Position numbers and translations under genes: made by a program. The notes under the pieces were generated by a model that was not told where the DNA came from, did not search any database, and saw nothing but the letters and a program-made list of their open reading frames with translations. This document shows positions 1 through 14,607 of a stretch of DNA of 64,000 nt, piece after piece. The DNA lies in contig OX597815.1 of the NCBI GenBank assembly GCA_951406725.2, forward strand, positions 85,746,001-85,810,000, written 5' to 3'. The DNA comes from Octopus vulgaris (taxonomy: Eukaryota). The stretch's first letter is position 1. Each line of letters opens with the position of its first letter.

Positions 1-55
1 AATCTCACTGAGGTTAAATTTTGCCTTTCCTTCTTTCGGGGTCAGTAAAAAATAT
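1..55 (+). mobile_element. Fragment of SINE family A (central domain)
   Basis: GAGGTTAAATTTTGCCTTTCCTTCTTTCGGGGTC matches the GAGGTCGACTTTGCCTTTCATCCTTTCGGGGTC core of the copy at 3784-3816. Confidence 0.6.
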
Positions 56-2224
56 CAATCTAGGACGACGATTTAGCCGAAAAATGCCGGACATGTTGCT
101 GAGCTGCATGCGACAGCAACGCCCGCGACGACACTGGTGCATGACTGAGTGAGTGCCTGAGTGACGGTCTTGCCCCCAGAGAACATCGGTGGTGTAAAGA
201 ATGCAGAGCATGGGTCTCTGTCAGACTTCTACAAAGTCTTTGCCTGGGTGCATTTAATTTCGATTGAGTTAACGTAAACCAAGAATGTTCAATAGCATTA
301 GTGAGAGACTATCAACTAACCAGGATTCAGCTAGAGAGAATTTATGTTGGAAATGCCTGGCTATTCTTGATTAATACAAGGGATTAAGCAGTAACATCTA
401 GCTATTAGAGAAGCTTCAGTGCTAGAATCAATTAATCACTCAATCAATAGTTAATTATTTCACGCATGTGTAAGGAATATCATTAATTAATTGACATTGC
501 TTAATAATAGTTATCCATCAATTGATGGATGGAAACAATGAGTTTCAAGTCTGAATGAAATGAGAGTCCTGGTATTTATAATATCGTTTACCTGATCATT
601 AACGAATGAAAGTCAAGTGAAAAATTTCCAATTAAAATTTCAAAATAGGTTACGATCTTAGCTCGATAGGGTGTATATAGCAGTTCAAGCCTAGTTGATG
701 GACAATTATCGTTAAATACGCTAGCATAAGAGACTAAAAAGAAAGCAAAATAAGAAATACTTCGAATTTGTACAGGATTATTAAAGGGATTAATTTAGTT
801 AATCTTGCAAATACTTTTTGCAAATGAAAGACAATCAATTTAAAGACACCGGCACTAAGACAAAAAGACCAAAAACAAAACAATAATGACAAATGTCTGG
901 TTATTGTTTCATTACTTTCACATAGTACAAGATAAAATGTATTTATAACTTCAAAGAAGAACGACTTAAATAGACAACAAATAGAGGTTCTGAAAACTTA
1001 AAAATAACAGTTAGGTTAGACTGGAATAGAGATCCATAGCAGAAAAAATACCGTGTTAAAGCTACTTAATGGTGATATATGTGGCACTGGAGTCGTCGAA
1101 AACTATATATTTTTGTCTCCTTATGATGTCGGATATCACAAACGATTTGCTAAATTGTGCCAAAATTTAACACGAAATTTCTTCGCACTTAAGCTGTTAG
1201 CATCGGGCGAAGGGATAGTTAATGTCTGTTGCTTTGGTTTAACGCCAGGCTAACACTGATTATTAAAAGAGATTAAATTAATCTATCACTTTCTCTAATT
1301 TTTAGAAATGAAAGACAATCAATTTAGAAACATCAAAAATAACAAAAGAGTAAAGACAGAAACAAATAAAAACAAAAAAACAGCAATAACATTTGTCTGG
1401 CTACTGTTTACTTACTTTCACTTTTAATGCAAGCAGTAAAACTATTTACAGCATCCGGGTTGTAAATAGTTGTAAATTGCAATGTCCCAGTCATGATAGA
1501 CCAATCTTATTTAAGACAATATATCCAGCCTCACGTTATCGAAACTGTCCTACGTTACTATTTGTAAATGATAATGTGTGATTTGAGGAATATTTGGTTG
1601 CTATTTCTAGCAAATCGAGTGATATCGCTGGTTCGAAAGAACAAGTTATTTTTGTTGCTAGTGTAAGTTAGTTTGATTATCCATTAAAATTTTTAGCCAT
1701 AATATATCTAGAACTATACTATATAGTTTACGGTGGTAAAATGTTATTTGAGTGTGGTTTGAATGTTATTCGTAACAGGTCGATTGGTCTTTCAGCGGCC
1801 TTCATGTGCAAGTAACGGACACTTTAAAATAAAGATATTTTTCTTTGGTTACTATACGTTAAAATGAAAGCTTCTCATCCCAGTAGTTGAAGCCTATGCA
1901 GGAAAGTAGAGTTATTGTAACTGCAGAAGTTACAATAGACGAGCAAGGTAACCTCTATTTGTTGCATAATCTGCTAGGAATAGTAGCCAAATATCCTGAA
2001 AATCACGTGCTACTGTTTAAATAAAGGACATTGGATAACAATATGGTTTACATTTAGCTCGAAAAGAAAAGTAAAAACAATAATAACAAACAAAAAAACA
2101 ACAGAAATACAAGGCAATGAGAGATTTCGATCTTCTATGAATAACAGCTAACTCTATCTTAAAATCAATGCTAACGTTATTAGATTAGTACAAGCGTTGG
2201 TCTCTATTAGACAGCAGCAATTTC

Positions 2225-2380
2225 TGGAGAGAATGTAAATCGATTACAACAAGTCCAGTGCTCAACTGGTGCATATTTCATCGTCCAGAAATGATGAAAG
2301 GCGAAGTCAACCTCGGTGGAATTCGAACCCAGAACGTAAAGACGGACGAAGTGTTGCAAAGCATTTTGTCCGGCGTGTCA
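2225..2380 (-). mobile_element. Degraded SINE family A copy
   Basis: GATGAAAGGCGAAGTCAACCTCGGTGGAATTCGAACCCAGAACGTAA is the reverse complement of the family A head/core. Confidence 0.7.
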
Positions 2381-3414
2381 TGCCAAAAAGTATACATTGA
2401 ATGTAGATCTTTGATTCGTAGCTGCTCATTTCGATCTGTCATATAAATTCTTTGGGTTAGCTTGATTAGATCAGGGTTAACTTGGAATTAAAAACCAACA
2501 GCATTAACAAAAACAAATACAAAGAAACAAAATTAGAAACTATAAGAGTAGAGGCAAAACTAAAATTAATATCATATATTCAAAGAATTTATTGGTAACA
2601 CCAGCTGGATGACATTTTCCATTTCACTTCTGGTATTTGTCTTGCTAAAATATAAGGAATTTTGTTCATATCTAAACGATACGCTACTTTAACTACTGAA
2701 GAAACACACTTTTAGTTTGTAAAATGTGTCCTATGAACTTTTAAATATTTTAGATATTTATAAACAAAATCAAAGCAATGAAACTCAAAACCAAATAAAA
2801 CCACTAATTTTTATTAAATGTTGTGATAAAACTATGTTGTCATAGTAACTATTTGGAATTGCCATGCACATGGGTATCGATTTCACACTTGAGAACCGTT
2901 GCATATTTCAATTTTTAGCATTTGTATTATAATTGTATATATTTATCATAAAATGTCTTGAAGATTAATCTTCTAAAAAAAATGCTATAAGTTGTCAACT
3001 AACTATCGGTATATAATAACTGATATGACAGCACGGGTTCGAATATTGAACAAACAGAAACGACATTATATGGAACATTGAAAAAGAGAAAAACAAATAT
3101 ATTTAAATGGTCTGACATGCAAAAAATCCTTCACATCTACCCACACATAATCTACGCAGATTTATACAAATATCAACTATGAAATGTAGGTTTGTCATTC
3201 ACTTTGTTCCGAATTTTTTTTTTTCCTGTGACTTTTTTCTTTCGATTACTTCCAGACTGGCGACGTTGAACAGAGAAGTTAACAGCTGCTTTATTTTATC
3301 GATTCCGGAAGAATGGCGGGCTAAGTTGACCGTGGTGGGATTTTAGGACTTAAAGAATCAGAAAAATACACCAAGGTATTTGGTGCAACGCTGTAATGAT
3401 TCTGCAATCCACCT

Positions 3415-3472
<58 letters not shown>
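3415..3472. repeat. (TAC)n microsatellite
   Basis: Pure trinucleotide run directly visible. Confidence 0.95.
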
Positions 3473-3473
<1 letters not shown>

Positions 3474-3695
3474 GTACTGTCCCGTTACATTTTGAGATTA
3501 AATCCTTCCGAGATTAACTGTGTCCCTATTTCCAATAAAACAACTACAAACTGATTACTAGAATTAAATTTATCCACTATATCATTCCCTAGATTTGTGA
3601 ACTTGTGTAATATTAGAAGTGATTGCAAATAATTAATTCTGAAATTGGTGAAGCCAGAATTGTGATAGGAAATGGGTATATAGTTTACACTTGAA

Positions 3696-4306
3696 GGCGG
3701 CGAGCTGGCAGAAACGTTAGCATGCCGGGTGAAATGCTTAGCAGTATTTCGTCTGCCGCTACGTTCTGAGTTCAAATTCCGCCGAGGTCGACTTTGCCTT
3801 TCATCCTTTCGGGGTCGATTAAATAAGTACCAGTTACGCACTGGGGTCGATAAAATTGACTTAATCCATTTGCCTGTCCTTGATTGTCCCCTCTGTGTTT
3901 AGCCCCTTGCAGGTAGTAAAGAAATAGAAATAGGTATTTAGTCTGCCGCTACGTTCTGAGTTCAAATTTCGCCGAGGTCGACTTTGCCTTTCATCCTTTC
4001 TGGGTCGATTAAATAAGTACCAGTTACGCACTGGGGTCGATAAAATTGACTTAATCCGTTTGTCTGTCCTTGTTTGTCCCCTCTGTGTTTAGCCCCTTGT
4101 AGGTAGTAACGAAATAGAAATAGGTATTTAGTCTGCCGCTACGTTCTGAGTTCAAATTCCGCCGAGGTTGACTTTGCCTTTCATCCTTTCTGGGTCGATT
4201 AAATAAGTACCAGTTAGGACTGAGGTCGATGTAATCGACTTAATCCCTTTCTTTGTCTTTGGTTGTCCCTTCTATATTTAGCCTCTTGTGGGTAATAAAG
4301 AAATAC
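3696..4306 (+). mobile_element. tRNA-derived SINE family A with three tandem 190-bp internal modules
   Basis: Pol III-like head (GGCGGCGAGCTGGCAGAAACGTTAG ... GAGTTCAAATTCC). GTCTGCCGCTACGTTCTGAG recurs at 3751, 3941 and 4131. 11-bp TSD GTTTACACTTG at 3683-3693 and 4307-4317. Confidence 0.88.
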
Positions 4307-4584
4307 GTTTACACTTGTTCCCGTTTTGAGTGCAAATTCTGAGGTATCAATTTCTGATGTTAACGAACTAGGTGAAAAGACTAGATCATTGTTTCTCAAT
4401 GTTTTTGCCTTCTAGATGTTTAAGTAAAGCAGTATTGGTGCTATTGGTGCTCTTCACATGCTAGGCAAAAATTACTGGCGAACTTCACATGGGAAGTTTT
4501 AAAAAGGAACCGTTTAATATCGAACATTAAAGAAAATATTATCTGACGTTGTTTTATCATAGAAACACACATACACAAATATTT

Positions 4585-4983
4585 GACTTGTTTCAATCAT
4601 TGGACTGCAGCCATGCAGGGGAATCCACCTTGAAGATTCTTAGTCGTACGTATCGACCAGCCACTACTCATTTATAAAGACTGCTACTTAATTTGTCGGA
4701 ACGTTTTTGCTGAACCGTTAGGTTAAACGGGCGTAAACAAGTAACAGGGGGTGTCAAGTGGTGGTGAGAGAAAACACAACCCCACACACACTCATGCATA
4801 CATACATGCATACATGCATACATATATACCACATGCATGCATGCATGTAAAGACTTATGCATACATGTAAACACACGCACACGCGCACACACGCGCGCAC
4901 ACATACACACACACATACACACACACAAACACACACACACATGCACAAACACTCACATATTCACGACGCTCTTCTTTCAGTTT
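4585..4983 (-). mobile_element. Degraded SINE family B (3' part) with internal CA/CATG microsatellite
   Basis: CTTGTTTCAATCATTGGACTGCAGCCATGC and GAACCGTTAGGTTA match the reverse complement of the 61633-62039 copy. Confidence 0.6.
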
Positions 4984-5330
4984 TCTAGGGCATGTCCTAT
5001 TCTGTAAAATACTGAACGCTTGCTACCATGGAGACGTCAAACAGAAAATTTCTCAGCTAAGAGATGAGAAACAGAGATGAAGCCCAAATGTGTGCAATTA
5101 TGGAAGGAGCGTCTCATGCAAGATGCAGAACTTGTTGCTGATCTTTAACTCATCGAAAGTTTCAAAAATATTTTCCTGGCAATAACATATCCATGCAATA
5201 AACATTATTAAATCACTATAGACATTATTAAATCTCTATAGACTTTTGTTAATGGAATCAGAATAAGAAGAATTCACACGCACACACACTCACACAAATA
5301 CACACACATCTATATATGTATATAAGCAAG

Positions 5331-5630
<300 letters not shown>

Positions 5631-6190
5631 ACATAGATACATGCGTGCCTGTGTGCATTAAGTTTTCTTTGTCTCTTCTGGAATGGGAAAAACGAATTGC
5701 GAATAAGATTTGTCGACTAGCTCAAACAATCAAATAAGCAACGATAACAATAATTCCATTTTCTGCAGAAAAGCATTAATTTCTGCTACAACCATTGTTG
5801 CAAAATGTTTTCCAATCCAGTAAAGCGAGACATCCTAAAATGTTAGTGATGCCAGGTGGAAATAACATGTATTTTCGTAATTCTCTCATTTCATTTGAGT
5901 CATGCTCTTGGTCAATTTTCTGAACGCTAAATACGCATATCCATATAAGCATAGAACCAATATAAAATCTCTGTGCTATAAATATATTAGTAACTATAAT
6001 GATATTGTATAATTTATCTGACTAAAATTGAAGTATTATACGTGGAATGATTACGAAATAGAAAAAGAAATTGATAACAACAATAAGAGCACATATATAA
6101 AACGTTCCAAATCCCATAAAAAATCTCCATTGAAATCTATGTAATGCTAGAATGGATCAGAATTCAATGATCTATCTCCGAATGGCAATA

Positions 6191-6236
<46 letters not shown>

Positions 6237-6259
6237 TGTATATATATATTTATATACAC

Positions 6260-6308
<49 letters not shown>

Positions 6309-6624
6309 ATACACACACATATAGTTTACTGATCCGTTAAGGTAAGGCCAGCAAAGAAAGTACTCCATCCAGTGAGAGGTAAATATCATTTAATGTACAC
6401 AGTATAAAGAAATATAAAGATACGCGCTACTAACAGTTTCATGTATTGGAGATGAAAAGCTGGGAAGATTTTTATAATACGCCTTGTGCCTCTAAGCAGT
6501 CTGCAGGCTCTTAGCACAGGGCCTATTCAATTTATTGCAAATATGGCTAGACTCGCATCTCTGGTGTATGAAAGTATTAGTAGCTCGTATCTTTATAATA
6601 CGTACATTACATGACACACACACA

Positions 6625-6663
<39 letters not shown>

Positions 6664-6834
6664 ACACAGACACACAGACACACATACACACACAGACACA
6701 CACATTTACATACATACATACATACATACATATAGTAAAGGAAAGTAAAGCAAAACCAAGGCAGGTCGATTATCTCAGGTCATTTAGAATATTTAATTAT
6801 TTAATTAGAAAAAGGCGAAGTAGAAGTAATTAAT

Positions 6835-6910
6835 GTCTAACAGTCTTTTCGGGGATATTCCATGTAATGGTTCAACATCCCCATACACTGGGTATTCCGT
6901 CATCAGAGGC
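6835..6910 (-). ncRNA. Degenerate Penelope-type hammerhead ribozyme motif
   Basis: Minus strand: GCCT-CTGATGA-...GGGGATGTT...AATATCCCC-GAAA-AGACTGTT-AGAC. Both core boxes are intact, helices I and III are imperfect. Confidence 0.4.
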
Positions 6911-8860
6911 AAGGTGCGTATGCAGGTAAGTTCCAGACAGAGAATTCATAGTATACAAAAGAATAAAACAGTATATACAAGAATAAAGTTCAAAGTTCAT
7001 CTTGTTCCGAAAGGCATGGAGGTTTGTCTGTATTTCCGTGAAGGTATAACCCCTTAATGATAATCCTAGTTAAATCCAGGCAGTAGTTTGAGCGATGCTT
7101 TCAGATTGAAGAATATATCTAGCAGTTAGCGTCATACATGGTGGCTGTCCCCTCGTTATCGAGTATGGCCATTGCACGAAGCTTAATCAATGTTGTTATC
7201 GTGCAATGCCTGTGCAAGAAGATTTTTTTTTAAAGTGAGGAAAGGCTGTGCACTGAGTCAATCCCACTCACTAAGCAACAGCAGCCATAATCCGAAAAGA
7301 AGAACAATTCAACATCATCGGTAACCACTGAGCCGCAGGTTTTACGTCGGAGTTATCCCAGTTACCTGAGTTACCTTCTCCTAGAAGGATGCTCTAACAA
7401 AGGCTAGGAGTCCTTCACTCCCAAAGGTTTAATCGCGCGATCGGGTACTCAGTCCGATTATTTCCATGTCCCTGCGCATGATACAGCCCTAAGACATTTA
7501 TTGGATGGCCGTTGACTCTCAAGAGTTACTCCGCCCTTTGACGGGTTTTGTTTTTCATCCTGCAGGGTGTCCAATAAACACCCTCCTCACCAATCATACA
7601 TACATACATACATACATGCATGCATGCATGCATACATACATACATACATACACACATACATACACACACATACATAAATACATACATACATACATACATA
7701 CATCTAATGGTGTATTTATGTAGTCATATAACTATGATTTAATTAGATAAGCGGAAACAATGAGTTTGTCGGAAACAAAGTAGTTTGGTAGGGAGGCTGA
7801 AAGAAGAACGGGATGAAAAAACCCCAGAATATATTTGATACTCAATGATCTTTTAGTTAATCTTCAACTTATTTCATAAAATCGTGTGTGTGTGTGTGTG
7901 TGTGTATTCAATATCTGGGATAAAGTGTAACAGTGTATATGCGAGTGTCAGCATTTGTCGGTGAATCAGTGATGTATGTTCATCTATAATGAAAAAAATT
8001 GCCTTTATTTAAAAGACTATGTCACTGCTTCAGTGGTTAAATCTGATTATGTGAGGAGTATGTAAGAATTAATAGATTTTGAGTGAGAAAATAATAAACA
8101 CAAGTGGAAATAAGAGTAAAATTTTCATAGCAGAATTTTCTGTAGGGGTTCCTTCATACACTTCGTGTCACATAGTGCAAGAAAGAACATATATTTCTTA
8201 ACCTTTTAACTTCGAAATTAAATTTCATGTAATGATGTTAAATATCTGCCAAAAACAGAATGTGTGTTTTCTGTAAGTCATGTTGACTCAATAAACTTGA
8301 CATATCTCAATAAAAAGTAGTTCTATAGATGACATTCCACAACAAAATTTAGATTAGTATATAAAACTGCTTTCCGCAGTCAAGTGTAATGAAATTTTGA
8401 ATGGATGCATCTGATTTCGGCAGTAAAAGGTTAAACGTGGGATTTTAAAAATCTTACCATAACCAAAATTCTGCAAAAGACAATGAAACCAACTAGAATA
8501 TAATTGATATGATCTAAGTATATCTGAATGAAAAATGTCAGTCAAAAGATTACTACACACGCACACACACACACACGCACGCACGCACCCATACACACAC
8601 GCACATGCACAAACACATACTCACAGACATACACACATAGTACTGATACAAAGTAAGTAGACCATACATTGATCGGATTAAACGTGGATACTTTTCAATG
8701 CGAGTTGCTGTCTAGTATATAACATTCATTTTGATATATGAGTAAGAAGTTGAAAAATAGTGGACCGAAATGCTATTGCAAAATCAACATATTTCTTTTA
8801 TGGATAGAAAGAAATCAAACATTTAGAAAAATATATTTCGAAAGACATTCAGTAGTTGTA

Positions 8861-9790
8861 CGAGATGGTATCAAAAAGTTCCTGGACTGGTTATGTTTAA
8901 TAAAACTAACTTATTTACTTGAGTTTTAACATCATCTCCTTCAGAATAGTCTCCTTGCGCAGTAATATACCGGTTCAAGCGTTTTGGAATGCGGCCTGGA
9001 AGTTGTTTTCCGTAAGCGAGTCGAGAACCTTCTGCGATTTGCTCTTGACAAGTGTTAAAAATACGACTTTTGAGCTGCGTTTTCATGTTGGGAGAAGAGA
9101 TGGAAGTCTGCAGGTGCTAAATATGATGAATAGAGTGAGTATGGAAGCGATACCATGCTGTTTTTAGTGAGAAACTCACGAGTGAGAAGATATCGGTGAC
9201 AGGGTGCATTGCCGTCGTGAAAAATCCAATTCTTCACGCTCCACAGGTCCGGTCGCTTTCGCTGAATGTCCTGGGGGACGAAATCTCGATGCTCTTCAAA
9301 CGCTTCAAAACGTTGTTGATTGCCCTCCAATGAACCTCATACACACGCTGATGAATTCTCTCCACATTTCCGAGGGTGGCGCTCGTAACAGCTTTTTTCA
9401 GATCGCTCATCGGCTTCCAGGGACATTATTCCGCATTTTGAAGTACCCTTGCCACTCAAAACATTGCACACGAACTATTGCCTCGTAGCCGCAAGCATGC
9501 CGAAGTATGTTCAATGTCTCTGTAGCAGACTTTGCAAGTTTAGCGCAACATTTCATGTTGGCTCTTTGTTCCAAAGTGCTATCCATGACAAAAATCGAGA
9601 ACTACAGCATACACGTGATCACAAAAATATGAATTTCACAAATTTCATAAATTGTGAAGTAAACACAGCGATATCACTCGGCACAATTTTTCATGAAGGT
9701 CAGTACTAGCTATCATTGTGCACGCAACCATGTGTTGTTATTTGTTGGCGCGCTACAGAACTAACGCGGGAACTTCTTGATACCACCTCG
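8861..9790 (-). mobile_element. Internally deleted mariner transposon (930 bp)
   Basis: TIRs CGAGATGGTATCAAAAAGTTCC / GGAACTTCTTGATACCACCTCG with TA on the left. Minus-strand remnants MDSTLEQRANMKCCAKLAKSATET (ATG at 9586), HDGNAPCH, YSSYLAPADFHLF and AQGDYSEGD. Confidence 0.9.
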
Positions 9791-9959
9791 TTATTGGATG
9801 AGGTAAGATTCATGTCAACTGAACTGATCAAGGGTGCAGGAAAGAGTTCCATAACAATACTCCACAACCTCCGTGGTATGATCTGGTGAAAGAAAGAGTG
9901 GTTGTCAGATTCGTGCCCGTTAGAATATGTCCCCTTACAAAAGGGTAGGGTTTGGACAC

Positions 9960-11240
9960 CTGCTTATGTATGAGAAATTTTGAAACCATCTTTCTGATAC
10001 CACATGCAAGTAAAGTACTTTTGGTCATCATCCTAGAACGTTTGAAATCATTCCTCGAACATGAAATAGCTAAAGAACAGGCTGACTTTAGAAGCGGAAG
10101 TGGCAAATGAGATCATTTTCACAATCTTCCAGACAATTTTAGAAAAAAAAAAATTAATACTTCGCAATTTCTGAAATTTGTGAAATTCGAACAAATTTCC
10201 TTTGCTACATTGACTGCAGAAAAGTTTTTGACCGCAAGCTACAGCCACATGTGGAGCATCATGTCTAATCTCGGCATTCTGGAACACGTAATTAGGCTCA
10301 TCAAGCAGCTTGTCATTCTTGCATTCAAGAAAATAATGGTAATTCAGAAAAGTTCAAAGATAGGAAAGAAGTTCGTCGGGGGTGCATTCTTTCTCTATAT
10401 TTCTTCAACATATACACTGGGTGATTAATGCAAGAAGCAATACAGGAAGAAAATGGTATCAAAATACAAGACTTGTATACTTCTAATCTGAGGAATGCTG
10501 ACGATTCTGCTCTACTTACCGAGACTAAAGCCGGACTGCATGAAATGATAGAGTCGAGAAGGTATCAAATATGCATAGTCTTTATTTCAACCACGAAAAG
10601 ACAATGCCATGGTAGTAGGAAAAGACAAAGTAAATGTTAAGATCGATCTAGGTTAGTGAGAGGCTCGAACTGCTTGAGTTGTACAAGTATCCTGGAGCCT
10701 AAATATCTTTGGGACACAGCTAACCATGACAAGAACGACTATGGAAAAGCTTAATAACATCTGGAGCAGCAAAAGTATCCCAAATAATTTCAAACCACGG
10801 CTAGTGCGAGAACTCACTTAGCCAATAAGCATTTATGGTTGCAAAGCATGGATTCTGAACAATTTTGGAGAGAACATGATCAATGCGTTCGAAATGTGTG
10901 TGTATAGGAAAATGTTACGGGATCTCTTACAAGGACCATCGACAAATGAATGAATGTTACAACAAGGTGAAACACAACTTTTGAACATTGGGAAAAAACA
11001 AGCGCTCATGTGTTATGGCCATATTCGTAGAAGCAGCAGTTTCAAAAACGTTTTTATAGAAGGAAGAGTAGATGGTAGTAGATCAAGAAGCAGGCAAAAT
11101 ACGCAATGGATGGACAATATCATGAGCTGGTCGGACAAGAGTGGCAAGGCGGCTGGAGAATTTGTGCTTAATCAGGGATAAAGATTTTCGCTTAGTTTCA
11201 CCAATGTGCTTGCAGGCATAGGATATATGACGAAGAAGTA
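9960..11240 (+). pseudogene. RTE-clade (BovB-like) LINE reverse transcriptase remnant
   Basis: Across frames: IFLIPHASKVLLVIILERL..EIAKEQADFRSG, NLRNADDSALL (YADD box), YGHIRR..EGRVDGSRSRSRQNTQWMDNI. Many stops and frameshifts. Confidence 0.85.
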
Positions 11241-11735
11241 AGGGAAATAACTTACGTTTCTTATCATTTGAAAAAAAAAAAACACGGTTGTGACAAATTT
11301 AAAAGGCAAAAAATTGATCTCGGTATACTAAATTGTGAATTGGCTAAAATATGGCGGGAAAATGAAATAGTTATTAGAACATTTCATTGAAAGGATATTG
11401 ACATGCTTAATCTCACACGATAAATAAAAGATTGCTGCTATTAGGAGCCTGCTGGAAACTGTAGCATACCGTAGTTTAATGTGTGTATGTAGACAATAGA
11501 CTGACTGCAGCCAAACATCGTTGCATGCAAGACAATGTGCGATAAAAAAGTGATGGCTTATTTTAAGCTTACTATAATATGATAGCATTAATGGGCTTCG
11601 AAAGTAATTCCTAGAGATTTTGTATTCAAAATATGGCAGAAATCGGAGAAATTTGTGAGATGATTTCAAGACATGACTAATAGATATGGGTATCAGAGAG
11701 ACAGGGTTATGCATAGAGATACACATATGCATCTA

Positions 11736-11791
<56 letters not shown>

Positions 11792-11944
11792 TACACTCGC
11801 ATATATAGTTGTACACATATAAGCTTATATGTGAATGTGTGTGTGTGTATACATAGTTAAATACGTATGTGTATGCATTTATGCATGTAAATATATATAT
11901 GTATGTATGTGTGTATGTCAAGTGAGTTATGCATAACATAAGAA

Positions 11945-12080
11945 CAGGCATGATTGTATGGTAAGAATTATATTTCCCAAACACATGATTCCTTGGGCAA
12001 GTGTCTTCCACTATAGCTTCGAATCGAACAAAACCTTGTGAGTGGATTTGGTTGACAGAAACTGAAAGAAGCCCGTCATA
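11945..12080 (+). mobile_element. SINE family B, 5' part
   Basis: CCTTGGGCAAGTGTCTTCCACTATAGC ... CCTTGTGAGTGGATTTGG ... AACTGAAAGAAGCCCGTC. Confidence 0.75.
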
Positions 12081-12097
12081 TTTAAATATATATCTGA

Positions 12098-12388
12098 GAC
12101 CCCCTTCGGTCACGACACAGACCAGGCACAAGTCCGGGCAAGGTTGTTTATGGAAGACCAGCAGTCGCCCATGCACACCGGCCTCCCCTCTCCACGCCAC
12201 CAGTGTTATCCAAGGGAAAGGCAAGGGCCGATACAGCTTGGCACATGTGACGTCGCAACTCATTTCTATAGCTGAGTGAACTGAAACAATGTGAAATAAA
12301 GTGTCTTGCTCAAGAACACAACACGTAGCCCGGTCCGAGCGTAAGCTCACGATCGTAAGCTCGACGCTCTAACCACTGAGCCATGCGA
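12098..12388 (-). mobile_element. tRNA-derived SINE family C
   Basis: Minus strand begins CGCATGGCTCAGTGGTTAGAGCGTCG (A box), followed by GTGTTCTTGAGCAAGACACTTTATTTCAC. Related copies at 37490-37742 (-), 45866-45975 (+) and 28695-28978 (+). Confidence 0.75.
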
Positions 12389-12528
12389 CTTCACATATAT
12401 ATATATTTCTTCAAAAACTATGTCACTGTATGAAAAAAGTTTTATAACATTCTTCTGACATAATGACTCAAATATATTTTTTAACCTTTTAAAACAAGCC
12501 TTCTGTAGTTTTTTCACTTTTTACTATT

Positions 12529-12571
<43 letters not shown>

Positions 12572-12722
12572 TATATGTGTGTGTGTGAGAGAGAGTGTGT
12601 GTGTATGCGTATGTGTGTGCGCGCACGAGCTCGTATGTGGATATATGAGTATGTTTGTTTATATTTCAAAATTAATGCAAATAAAAAATGTATTGAGTTA
12701 AAATGTTGAAAGGTAGATATAC

Positions 12723-12760
<38 letters not shown>

Positions 12761-12937
12761 ATAATAACTGCCACCTGTTTTTTTTTACTTATATATTACT
12801 TATTATATATTGATTATTCATTTTTATACTTTTTGAGATCTAGTTATATGTTTTATAAAAAATATACTTTATTTGTTAATTATGCTTTGGTTTATGTATG
12901 TTTGACTTGCATAATAGTGGTTTTATCTCAAATTTAT

Positions 12938-12941
<4 letters not shown>

Positions 12942-12990
<49 letters not shown>

Positions 12991-13076
12991 TTATATTATA
13001 TATTATATATATATTATATATCATATATATTATATATTATATATATTATATATTATATAATATATATATATACATA

Positions 13077-13130
<54 letters not shown>

Positions 13131-13345
13131 TAATATATATGTATACATACATTTATATATATAATATAATATGTATTATATATATAATACATTTATACAT
13201 TTATATAAATAAAATATATGTATTATATATATAATACATTTATATATATAATATATATAATATATATATATACATACATTTATATATAGCGAGAGAAAGA
13301 GAAATACATACATATACATATATGTGGGTGTGCGAGAGAGGGGAG

Positions 13346-13377
<32 letters not shown>

Positions 13378-13400
13378 GGAGAGAAAGAAAGAGAGAGCGA
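12942..13400. repeat. Long imperfect (TA)n/(TAA)n low-complexity tract followed by (GA)n
   Basis: Directly visible. Confidence 0.9.
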
Positions 13401-13931
13401 GAGAAACTGAGAATGTATGACAAATATTGCTGGGAAGGGTGTAAAAAATGCATAATGTTCTATTGTATTTTCATATATTAGCGAAGGTGTAAATTCAAGC
13501 TGTGAAAACTGCGCCAAAATTTACAAGTGAGTAAATAAATAAGCAAAGATTTAAAGTATTATATCCGCACTAAACAATAAACAAAATACTAAGATTTAAA
13601 CATATGTATTCATACATATATCTAGTGACATAAAATGCAACTATCAAAGCACATTTAAACATAATGTTAAAGAAAAGAATAAAGGAAACGAATAGCAGTG
13701 TTTCTAACCGAGGGTTGATAACTTGATACCAAGAAGGAAGTATGCGTTTATGTAAGAAACCTATATTAACTATATAAACCTAATATATGCATACGTAAGG
13801 AAATATATATCATGTATACATCTATATGTATGCATGAATGCTTGTATATAGTGAAAGCAATGAGCAAATAGAAAGATACAAGGTTTTAACAAATATTATA
13901 TTAGCTTAACACTTAACAGGAAGAGAATGCA

Positions 13932-13967
13932 TTTCGACGTTTAGGATGCTAGTCCGTCATCAGAAGA
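13932..13967 (-). ncRNA. Minimal hammerhead-like motif with G12 mutated
   Basis: Minus strand: TCTT-CTGATGA-C-GGA-CTAGCA-TCC-TAAAC-GTC-GAAA, with palindromic ACGT helix III. Preceded on that strand by a pyrimidine-rich tract, as in Penelope 3' regions. Confidence 0.45.
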
Positions 13968-14472
13968 AAAATATAGAATAAAAGTGAAGGAGAGTGAAAG
14001 AGAATAGGTAGCCGGTGTAAAAAACCCCGACTAGGTGAGTGTATGTGTAACCGCTTTGTGTGCGAAAATGCGTGGAAGTGGTAGCAGTTGTGAAAGAAGG
14101 GGGTTGGGTGTAGAATATGGCAGGAGTATGTGCAATGGAATGCACTAGAATGCAAGGGAATGTATGTGCAAGAGAATGCATATGAGATGCCTACGCATAT
14201 GATTAGAAGGTTCTAAACGAAATTTACTCTTAAGGCCAATATCTGATCTTGATATTAATTAATAAAAAGGATCAATTACAAAGATATTTTACAGAAAAGA
14301 GTAACAAGGTGAAATTGGACAGAATGGAACACATGTAATTATGTTTTCTTCCATATCCGGCACACATTATATACTTTTGTTGCATTTTCACAAAAACACA
14401 TATATTTATTTTTCTAAATTTTTATTCACCGCATTTCTTTTGTATCCATATCAATGTTGTCTTATTTATTAA

Positions 14473-14564
<92 letters not shown>

Positions 14565-14566
14565 CT

Positions 14567-14607
<41 letters not shown>

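Noticed and set aside
61-250. GC-rich patch and 65-aa minus ORF at 14-211
   Set aside because: No recognisable domain in the frames I read, and the ORF runs into a SINE fragment. Origin unknown.
823-1422. About 100-bp diverged direct repeat (823-922 vs 1306-1422)
   Set aside because: A-rich and old, with no TSD, ORF or ribozyme motif to interpret.
7140-7592. GC-richer block between flanking repeats
   Set aside because: Probably a retroelement UTR fragment, but I could not assign it.
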